A stretch of 63,392 nucleotides of DNA, counting the filler, from Octopus bimaculoides (lineage: Eukaryota), in NCBI RefSeq assembly GCF_001194135.2. It is 5 parts of 5 records of this genome, joined end to end, with 100 filler letters (N's around TTAATTAATTAA, not from the genome) between each part and the next. Parts side by side here need not be neighbours in the genome. Positions count along the whole stretch, not along the records: positions 43,505 to 60,832 come from NC_068981.1; positions 60,933 to 63,392 come from NW_026392358.1; 3 more parts are not named here. One strand, 5' to 3'. Shown here piece by piece: positions 52,711 to 63,392 of this stretch. Position 1 is the stretch's first letter, and every line of letters starts with the position of its first letter. The notes beneath the pieces were generated by a model. It made no database searches, was not told the DNA's origin, and was given only the letters and a program-made list of their open reading frames with translations. Position numbers and translations under genes: made by a program.

Positions 52711-53275
52711 ATCTATCCATCTACAAGTGCACGCACGCGCACACATACATTATACCCCCCATACACACACATACATACACAAATAGGAAAAATAAATGAC
52801 AAAAGAGAAAGATGGTTGTTATGAACTTCATTTGCTTATAGTTGTTTCTGCTATAAGATGCAGCGGACTCATAGTTGAGTACCTGAATAACATTCTATAG
52901 CTTCATCGGAGCTTCGAACATATTCGATATACTCAGAACTCCGTTGAAGCTATAAGGTGTTACACAACTATGAGTCAACTCCATCTTTTAACAGAAACAG
53001 CTGTAAGCTAATGAAGTTCATAGCATAACCATATTTTTCCTTTGTCATCTCTTTTTCTTATTACCACTATATACCCACCGAACACTTAGTTCTGAAATAT
53101 ACCTATATTGAGTCCTACCCTAGTTCTCGCAATGCCTAAGCGAAATATTAAAATGCATACTGACATACAAATATATACACACATATCAATATACATATAT
53201 GCATATGCACATATATATATGTAAATACTTACATCCATCTATATATGTTGTATGCGTGTATGCATATATATATAG

Positions 53276-53675
53276 GCGCAGGCGTGGCTGTGTGGTAAAA
53301 AGCTTGCATCTCAACGACATGCTTTCGGATTCAGTTCCACTCTGTGGCATCTTTGGCAAGTATCTTCTACTGTAGCCTCGGGCGGACCAAAGCCTTGTCA
53401 GTGGGTTTGTTAAGCGGAAGCTGGAAAAAGCCCGTCGTATGTATGTATGTATGTATGTATGTATGCGTGTGTCTGTGTTTGTCTCCCCGCTATCGCTTGA
53501 CAACCGATGCTGGTGTGTTTATGTCCCTGTAAACTAACGGTTCGGCAAAAGAGACCGACAGAATAAGTACTAGGCTTACAAAGAATAACTCGTGGGGTCG
53601 ATTTGTTCGACTAAAACCCTATAGGCGGTGCTCTAGCATGGCCGTAGCCAAGTGACTGAGACAAATGAAAGAAAA
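53276..53675 (+). mobile_element. SINE family 2 copy
   Basis: Colinear with 27952-28365. Confidence 0.8.
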
Positions 53676-53982
53676 CAATGAAAGAAAAATATACTTATAT
53701 ACTTATGTATATATTTTTGTATAATAAATATACGCGTATGTATGTACATATGTATGTGTATATGTATGTATGTATATTATTGTTCAGTTTTATTTCAAGA
53801 TTACTTGCCAATAGAGAACGAGCCGGTTTCTAATCTAGATTCAAGGGTACTTCATTGGAATTTCAACATCAACAGGTTATTTTTGTTTGTATGTATCTAT
53901 GTATATGTGCAGATATGTATGTTTTACTTTATGTATATATTCCCATGCATATAGTTACATATCTAGACCTGTTCATATATAT

Positions 53983-54405
53983 TTAAATGATAAGCTTCTG
54001 GAAAGTTTTACAAATTTTTACAGTTCCAGTGATGGACTGGATCTGTAGTCTTCGAATTAGCTTTCTCCTTTTTGGTTTTGAGAAGCCTAATTTCTCAAGA
54101 TTGGTATTTAGGCAGTGTGTTACATATCCCAGTGCCCCAATAGTTACAGGTATAAACCTGTACTTGTATTCTGGATAGAGTAACTGCAGATTTCTCAATA
54201 GTTCAGTGTCGGTGTTCTCTTTTTCACTGATCATCAGCTTTATGTTAACATCCTTCGGGCAGCTAATTTCCACAACTGCGCACAGTTTCTCTTCTCTATC
54301 CCAAATCATTATATCAGGTCTTTTATGCTTACATTTTATTGAGGTCTTAACTGCGACATTCCACCAGTATTCCTTTTTATTATGAGTGGCTATGGCTTCT
54401 ACCAT
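53983..54405 (-). mobile_element. R4-like LINE 3' fragment (restriction-like endonuclease)
   Basis: YWWNVAVKTSIKCKHKRPDIMIWDREEKLCAVVEISCP...IPVTIGALG...GTVKICKTF. Confidence 0.85.
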
Positions 54406-54407
54406 GG

Positions 54408-54438
<31 letters not shown>

Positions 54439-54645
54439 TGTATGTATGTATGTATGTATGTATGTCTCCTTTGTGTAAAAGAAAACCTACATCCATGACA
54501 TTCTGCTTAGGCAGTTGTATTACTCATTTAATTGTGAAAGGCGGGAAATGTAAAATTCTTTCATTGTCAGTCACATAGTATTCATTCACTGAACAGTGAA
54601 ATAATGAAAGAGGGGGGAAATGAATGGCAACATCAATTATTAAAG

Positions 54646-54683
<38 letters not shown>

Positions 54684-54753
54684 NNNNNNNNNNNNNNNNN
54701 NNNNNNNNNNNNNNNNNNNNNNNNNNNNNNNNNNNNNNNNNNNNNNNNNNNNN

Positions 54754-54794
<41 letters not shown>

Positions 54795-55987
54795 TGTGTA
54801 TATAAACTGTGTGAGCGATAATATGAATATAATTTACATTTTTTCTGGTGACGCACGTGATAAGATTTGTTGATGGGTTTTGATTAATAGAGGATAGAGA
54901 AATGGAATGTGATAGAATGTACTTCCTAATGCTTTTAGAGCTGAATGAGGAAACTTTTTCCTTGCATGACCTGCTAAGAATAGCAACCGAATCTCCTTAT
55001 ATTCTATTATTTTCAACAAAAGAAAAAAAAGCGGAATATATTTGATAACGTGTTCTAGGGTACACTAAGTGATGTCAGGTCACTTGTGAGATCTCTCATG
55101 GGTACTGCTGGTAACATGGAATCCAGTACAACCTGTTGCATGGTTGGGTCGTTGGCAACTAAACCGACACACCGCCCCTAAGCTTGCCTGGTGAGGAGAG
55201 TCGTTAGAAATCCAGCAGGACTAAAGACAAGGGCTGTCAAGAGGAAAGATGAATCTAGTGTAGGTTCAACGACTATCTGGCAATAGCACGATCCCTCAGA
55301 AATGTTGTAAGACGACTAGGAATGAGGCACTCCTTAGCTTTTGTTAAAGCTTGTCTCTAGAATCCGCTATAGATTTCACTGTCTCAAAGTGGATATGCAT
55401 GTGACTCCCAACATGAACTCTACATATCAACACCGATGCCCTTGTTTTCTCAGTGGGACATTTGTCACAGCCTCGACTGCCGCCGACCATCGGATGAAGT
55501 CAGCATTTGTGAGAAATGTGGTGAACTCGGTGGTCGGAGCCTGCTCAACCCACCCCAGGTGAATGCCGCCGCAATTACAAGTAAGCAAGGTACACTAAGA
55601 AAAGCGCTAGCTGTTACTTGTGAAAGATAACGGTTAGGTTAACATGTATCATGTTTCTGCTATTTGTTTTAGGTGATTGTGTGGTCACGAACACACACAA
55701 ACGCGATCTCGATTCTCTCGCTATTTGACCTATAAACATTCAGAGTTTGATAACTGGAGAAAGTGATGGGTGCACTTGGGTGGTACTCATTTCCAGCTGA
55801 GTTGAACAATGTGAACTGAAATGCTTTGCCCTAGGACACACCACATCGCCTGGTCGTCCAGGAATTGAGACCACAACTTTATGATCGTGAGCCGACCACA
55901 CTAACCTCTTGGCTGCACACCTTCACGAGGGTATACTACGTGTTGATCATGGCAGACGGTAACTGAAAGAAGCCCATCGTGTATATT

Positions 55988-56020
<33 letters not shown>

Positions 56021-57332
56021 CTGTGTGTATTTTTGTGTGTCTGTGTTTGTCCCTACACCATCGCTTGACAAAAGAATGAAAAATGGATAAAATAATTCCT
56101 AATAAGATTTAATTATGAAAAATATAATAGTTTTTTTTTTAAATACGTGATTCATCAGAGCAGAATAAGGAATCAAATGAGACCCTTAAGCAAAAAATGG
56201 TTGAGAACCACTGATCTACTGAATAATCCTTTTTACAATAGGCAAAACGCCTGAAATTTTGGGGGAAGGGGCTAGTCGATTACATCAACCCCAGTGCGTA
56301 ACTGGTACTTAATGTATCGACCCCACCAAAAAGATGAAAGGCAAAGTCGGCCTCGGTGACTGATCTAATCAATAATGTCATCTTGAAGTGTTTATAAGAG
56401 TAGGATCTTTTAGGATGTTCATGCTATTTAAGATACAATACACAGTAAAGCCAAAAAAAAGTATGAATATAATACCTTCTTTTTAGGTTCCCCGAAAGAG
56501 AAACACTTATATATCTTTTTCGTGGTTTTAATATATGAGGAGGCGTAGCATCCTTGAACTTTTACCAAGCCGTATTGAATGGCGGAGTAAAAAAAAAATT
56601 CAACCGATCAAATATAGTCTATCCGACGAGTTTCCGTCTCTGTCCAATTACTCTTACATGATTTCGATCGAATATGGCAGAACACACTTGCCTTACACGT
56701 GTCTTACAGTGGGATCAAATTGTGAAGTAAACTTTGTAAGTCACTGTCATGACTATATATATANNNNNNNNNNNNNNNNNNNNNNNNNNNNNNNNNNNNN
56801 NNNNNNNNNNNNNNNNNNNNNNNNNNNNNNNNNNNNNNNNNNNNNNNNNNNNNNNNNNNNNNNNNNNNNNNNNNNNNNNNNNNNNNNNNNNNNNNNNNNN
56901 NNNNNNNNNNNNNNNNNNNNNNNNNNNNNNNNNNNNNNNNNNNNNNNNNNNNNNNNNNNNNNNNNNNNNNNNNNNNNNNNNNNNNNNNNNNNNNNNNNNN
57001 NNNNNNNNNNNNNNNNNNNNNNNNNNNNNNNNNNNNNNNNNNNNNNNNNNNNNNNNNNNNNNNNNNNNNNNNNNNNNNNNNNNNNNNNNNNNNNNNNNNN
57101 NNNNNNNNNNNNNNNNNNNNNNNNNNNNNNNNNNNNNNNNNNNNNNNNNNNNNNNNNNNNNNNNNNNNNNNNNNNNNNNNNNNNNNNNNNNNNNNNNNNN
57201 NNNNNNNNNNNNNNNNNNNNNNNNNNNNNNNNNNNNNNNNNNNNNNNNNNNNNNNNNNNNNNNNNNNNNNNNNNNNNNNNNNNNNNNNNNNNNNNNNNNN
57301 NNNNNNNNNNNNNNNNNNNNNNNNNNNNNNNN

Positions 57333-57394
<62 letters not shown>

Positions 57395-58608
57395 TTGCAA
57401 CGGCGCGCACGCGTGTGTGTGTGTACTATATCACACCATTTCACTTCCTACCAAGATGATAATAATGACGATTGCAACTGTAACAATGACCAATAAAGGT
57501 AACATTTCATCTTGGGATGATAGAACTAACCTTTAAGCTACTCATTAGATTACTAAAACCTTGCTGCGACTCATTACAAAGAATAGCTAACTGCCCGAGG
57601 AAGAAATGTTCTCATCATTTCCTTTTTTTTTGTTTTGTTTCTTAAGATAAACAATACAACACTCCCAAAATAGGCTTGGTCATCCTTAGTTTAGTCACTT
57701 CAGGCAATATGTCTGCCAAATAATAAGTGTTGATGTTACATTTCTTTAACTTTTTTAGTCATTTTTCTTTTGTAAGAAAAAACATCTCAAAGGAGTTAAT
57801 TTACTCGAGCAACTGTTATTTTTATCCACTCCTCATTTATTTTACTTCCAAACTCTTATCCAAAATAATCCCCACCTTTGTTATGCTCTGCTATCCTACC
57901 TTAATTAAAATTGTTACCTGTGAATAAGAGAAATAATTGAGATACTTGAAGTCATTGTAGTTTTCTCCTGACTAATGCAGTTTGTATTTCGTATTTAACT
58001 AAACATTCACTCTCTACTTCGTGCTAGGTCTTATCTTTTCTCCAATATTTGAATGGAATAAATCCACTTCTTTGCTTTAAGTCAGAAGTAATTATCTTTC
58101 CTTACAGCAAGATAAGGTACAAATGCTCTTCCTGCTGCTGCTGTTGTTGTTTAGACCCATGTTAGCCGTGATCGAGATCACCTGTGATCAAAACCAAGCG
58201 ATTACCTTTAACAGGCACTGCAAAAAGCATTTAATTAGACTCACACACACACACGTACACACACATGCAGACACACACAAACGCGCGCGCATATGTATCC
58301 GTTTAGTACACTTTGGGCGAATGCCTCAGAATGTACTCTTAAAAGCTGCTATGCTTCTTCTCATTTTATACATGCGTAATTCTGCCTGTGTGTATATATA
58401 GGAAGGAAATATTAGGAAGGGAATATATAGGAAGGAAATATTCTCTATGTGACCTGTTTGTTTTCTGTGCTCTGTTTATGTTCTGTTTTTCATTTTGTCC
58501 ACGTTTTTTGTGACGTCCTGTACCCAGATATGTATCTATATATATATGCAGATGTAGGTATGTACATACATGTACGTATATATGCATATACTCACATATT
58601 ATTTGTAT

Positions 58609-58658
<50 letters not shown>

Positions 58659-60150
58659 ATGCATATATATATATAAACACACACACACGCACACACATAC
58701 ACACACACATAAGTGTATGTATGTATGCATGTATGTATATAGTAGGTTTGAGGATATAGTGTCCTCTTTAGGGATTGTAAAATCCAAAGATCAACTGGTG
58801 TCATCAAAGACATATTGGGAGAATTCTCTCAATATACATTTATTACTATAAAAAAAAACGGAGAAAAAATATTGTGGATACTATTTTTATTTGTATCACA
58901 ACATGAACATAGCAAATAATTTAATGCAAATAAAATCTAATTGAATATACATTAACATAAAATAAGCATAAAAAGTGCCTACACATGTTTCAATTTGGTC
59001 ACTATGTAAACAGTGCATGTGTGTGTATGTGTGTCTGTGTCTCTGTTTGTCCTCTCTCCGTCAATTGACAACCGATGCTGGTGTATTTAAGTCCCCGTAA
59101 CTTGGCGATTCGACAAAAGACACCGAGAGAATAAGTAGTAGGCTTACAAAGAATAAGGCCTGAGGTCGATTTGTTCGACTGAAACCCCTTCAAGGTGGTG
59201 CCCCAGCATGGCCGCAGGCAAATGACAAACAAATAAAAGAATACATAGATATTGATTTAAACTTCTGGCACAAGGTCAACGATTTAGGGGTGGGAACAAG
59301 CAAGTCGATTACATCGACCCTAGTGTCGGATTGGTACCTATTTTATCTACCCTGAGTGGACGAAAGGCAAGGTCGATCCCAGTGGCACATGAACTCCGAG
59401 CGTAAAGTGGGGAAAGAAATGCTAAGTATTTTGACCGGTGCGGTTCTTTAAAAAGATTAGTATTGTCAGTANNNNNNNNNNNNNNNNNNNNNNNNNNNNN
59501 NNNNNNNNNNNNNNNNNNNNNNNNNNNNNNNNNNNNNNNNNNNNNNNNNNNNNNNNNNNNNNNNNNNNNNNNNNNNNNNNNNNNNNNNNNNNNNNNNNNN
59601 NNNNNNNNNNNNNNNNNNNNNNNNNNNNNNNNNNNNNNNNNNNNNNNNNNNNNNNNNNNNNNNNNNNNNNNNNNNNNNNNNNNNNNNNNNNNNNNNNNNN
59701 NNNNNNNNNNNNNNNNNNNNNNNNNNNNNNNNNNNNNNNNNNNNNNNNNNNNNNNNNNNNNNNNNNNNNNNNNNNNNNNNNNNNNNNNNNNNNNNNNNNN
59801 NNNNNNNNNNNNNNNNNNNNNNNNNNNNNNNNNNNNNNNNNNNNNNNNNNNNNNNNNNNNNNNNNNNNNNNNNNNNNNNNNNNNNNNNNNNNNNNNNNNN
59901 NNNNNNNNNNNNNNNNNNNNNNNNNNNNNNNNNNNNNNNNNNNNNNNNNNNNNNNNNNNNNNNNNNNNNNNNNNNNNNNNNNNNNNNNNNNNNNNNNNNN
60001 NNNNNNNNNNNNNNNNNNNNNNNNNNNNNNNNNNNNNNNNNNNNNNNNNNNNNNNNNNNNNNNNNNNNNNNNNNNNNNNNNNNNNNNNNNNNNNNNNNNN
60101 NNNNNNNNNNNNNNNNNNNNNNNNNNNNNNNNNNNNNNNNNNNNNNNNCA

Positions 60151-60182
<32 letters not shown>

Positions 60183-60783
60183 CATATATATATGTATATC
60201 TGTTATAAATAATGTATATATAAGCACATCTATCTATTGTCTATGTATCTATTGTTTGTTCATTTAGTTCACGTGATAAGGGGACAACTCTTCTGTCACA
60301 GTTGAATACGCACGTGATAGGCACAGAAAAAAAAAAAGAGGAAGTAATTTTAGAGAGAGAAAAATAATAAAGACGATGAAACATATATTGAAAACAATTG
60401 TTTATAAGTTAGTCAGAGAAGAAGGGGATGGCACTCATGCCCGATGCAAGCGCTCCTAAACTGATAACGTGATGGTGGTTAGCGGTGGTAGTAATTGCTA
60501 TTTATACCAAGGTCAACCTTGATGGAACAAACTTCTGATCAAAGGTAAAACATCCCGCCATTTTGTTTAGAGTATGTAGTGAGTCATAAAAGCCAGATTA
60601 TTCGTAACGGCAGAAAATAATGTTTTGTTCTAACCATGGCTTCACTTTTTGAACTACGACCAAACTGTGGAGCGCCATCTTCCAGGCTGTCAATCATATT
60701 CTTTCCCGCTATTCATTTTAGGCTGGTATTTGATTCACCGATTTCTATGTGATTCAAGTTAAGTTTTTTTGACACAACATCGG

Positions 60784-60832
<49 letters not shown>

Positions 60833-60932
60833 NNNNNNNNNNNNNNNNNNNNNNNNNNNNNNNNNNNNNNNNNNNNTTAATTAATTAANNNNNNNNNNNN
60901 NNNNNNNNNNNNNNNNNNNNNNNNNNNNNNNN

Positions 60933-60978
<46 letters not shown>

Positions 60979-61129
60979 AATTTATATTTAAACCAGTGGC
61001 CTAGCATATTGAAAAAATCTGTAGATTCAGACACACAAGCAGATACGTTCATTCAAGTATACACATACACATGCATGCATGCACACATGCTAACACACTT
61101 ATATATTTATGTAAATGTGTGTGTGTATA

Positions 61130-61655
61130 TGCGTGGCTCGGTGGTAAGGAGTTTGTTTCCCAACCATATGGTTCCAGGTTCAGTCCCACAGAGTGGTAAC
61201 TTGGGCAAGTGTCTTCTATTATAACTCTGGGCCAACCGTTGCCTTATGAGTGAATTTAGTAGACGGAAACTGAAAGAAGCCTATATATGTATATATGTAT
61301 GTATATATGTATATATATATATATTTATGTATGTGTGTCTGTGTATATATATTTATATATTTCTGTATATAATATGTACATTATATATATTTATGCATAT
61401 GTGTATATACGTGTATATATATATGTATGTATATATATCTATGTATTTGTGTGTTTGTGTTTGTCCTCCGCCACCATCACTTGACAACTGATGCTGGTGT
61501 GTTTAAGTCCCCGTAACTTAGTAGTTTGGCAAAAGCGACCGTTAGAATAAGAACTAGGTTTACAAAGAATAATTCCTGGGCTCGATTTCTTTGACTAAAA
61601 CCCTTTAAGGTGGTGCCCCATCTTGGCCACAGTCAAATGACTGATACCAGTAAAG
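61130..61655 (+). mobile_element. SINE family 2 copy with expanded internal microsatellite
   Basis: Colinear with 27952-28365. Confidence 0.78.
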
Positions 61656-62074
61656 AAATATATATATAAGCCCACACACACACACACACACATACCAAAT
61701 AGACACACTCTGAAATGTTAAAAAGTAAGAAAATAGTCGAAGGTTCTTTGAACTAACCTTCTTCAAATTTTGGCCAATCTTCACTGATAAATTTTAGTAA
61801 ACACTGATAAAGACACAATCAAAAATTATGTTCAGTGATGTAAAAAAAAAAAAAGAAAAAAAACCTATATTCATAAAGTCCCTTTTAGCGAACTGCCGGC
61901 CTAGATGTCATGTGACGCATGTAAGGCTGTTTGTCCCCCCCCCCCTCTGAACAAACAACCAATAGGATGTGTTGTCTCTTTCGGAGATCCACTTCTAGAT
62001 AAGTGTAATACGCAGAGTGTGTGTGTGCACCTGTGTGTGTGTGTGTGTAACTGTGTGTTCATTTATATACAAGT

Positions 62075-62990
62075 GGAGGCGCAGTGGCCCAGTGGTTAGG
62101 GCAGCGGACTCGCGGTCATAGGATCGTGGTTTCGATTCCCAGACCGGGCGTTGTGAGTGTTTATTGAGCGAAAACACCTAAAAGGCTCCACGAGGCTCCA
62201 GCAGGGGATGGTGGCGAACCCTGCTGTACTCTTTCACCACAACTTTCTCTCACTCTTACTTCCTGTTTCTGTTGTGCCTGTAATTCAAAGGGTCAGCCTT
62301 GTCATACTCTGTGGAGGCGCAATGCCCTAGTGGTTAGAGCAGCAGACTTGCGGTCATAGGATCGTAGTTTCAATTCCCAGACCGGGCATTATGAGTGTTT
62401 ATTGAGCGAAAACACCTAAAAGCTCCACGAGGCTCCGGCAGGGGATGGTGGCGAAACCTGCTGTACTCTTTCACCACAACTTTCTCTCACTCTTACTTCC
62501 TGTTTCTGTTGTACCTGTAATTCAAAGGGTCAGCCTTGTCATACTCTGTGGAGGCGCAATGCCCCAGTGGTTAGAGCAGCAGACTCGCGGTCATAGGATT
62601 GCAGTTTCGATTCCCAGACCGGGCGTTGTGAGTGTTTATTGAGTGAAAATACCTAAAAACTCTACGAGGCTCTGGCAGGGGATGGTGGCGAACCCTTCTG
62701 TACTCTTTCACCACAACTTTCTCTCACTCTTACTTCCTGTTTCTGTTGTACCTGTAATTCAAAGGGTCAGCCTTGTCACACTCTGTGTCACACTGAATAT
62801 ACCCCGAGAACTACGTTAAGGGTACACGTGTCTGTGGANNNNNNNNNNCACACTGAATATACCCCGAGAACTACGTTAAGGGTACACGTGTCTGTGGAGT
62901 GCTCAGCCACTTGCACGTTAATTTCACGAGCAGGCTGTTCTGTTGATCGGATCAACTGGAACCCTCAACGTCGTACGCGACGGAGTGCCT
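62075..62990 (+). mobile_element. Head-to-tail trimer of the family 1 SINE 5' part plus one 3' tail
   Basis: Units start at 62075, 62313 and 62550 (238 and 237 bp spacing); only the third continues into the tail. Confidence 0.9.
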
Positions 62991-63392
62991 CAATATATGT
63001 GTGTGTATGTATGTATGTATATTGTCTCTATCTAGTACCTTGACCTCACATCTCTCTCTGTCTCTCTCTTTCTCTGTCTGTCTGTCTGTTTGTCTCTCTC
63101 CAAGTGGGCAAGCCATGTATTCAGCTCTTCAGCAAAACATCTTCCCCACCACCCCATCATAGTTTCTTATTTCTCCAGTCTACACCATGCAAGTTATAGG
63201 AGTCTTATCCATGCAAGTTATAGGGATCTTACCTTTTGCAAAATGTGTGCATATTGTTTCCATGGTTGATACAAAGACTGGGCAAATGAGGGCCTCCACT
63301 AGGAGGATGTAACATATCAGGGTGACCATGAAGTAAAACAACAAGCAAAACTAAAAATAAAATGAGAAGACGTTATCACCAACACTATCAGC

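Noticed and set aside
1-63392. CRISPR arrays, rRNA genes, operon-like systems
   Set aside because: None seen; the sequence is intron-rich eukaryotic DNA.

Overview
AT-rich, gap-ridden, microsatellite- and SINE-dense eukaryotic DNA. The repeat families suggest an octopus (inference). Most entries in the ORF track are translated microsatellites or N-gaps. The real gene is a minus-strand, spliced glutamate-cysteine ligase catalytic subunit (GCLC)-like gene. Seven exons (23946 down to 10058; 838 nt, about 279 aa) splice GT-AG into one stop-free frame and correspond to vertebrate GCLC exons 5-12. Several near-invariant GCL active-site motifs are replaced, which suggests a divergent paralog. Exons equivalent to 1-4 and 13-16 were not found. 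A same-strand exon encoding an LRR C-terminal cap lies at 1651-1817. The rest is transposon material: mariner elements, an RT-deleted Mag-type Gypsy element, R4/Dong-like, RTE and Tx1/L1-like LINE fragments, a hAT MITE and several tRNA-derived SINE families. There are also several fold-back structures and hammerhead-like motifs. All alignments were done by eye and reference sequences were recalled from memory.
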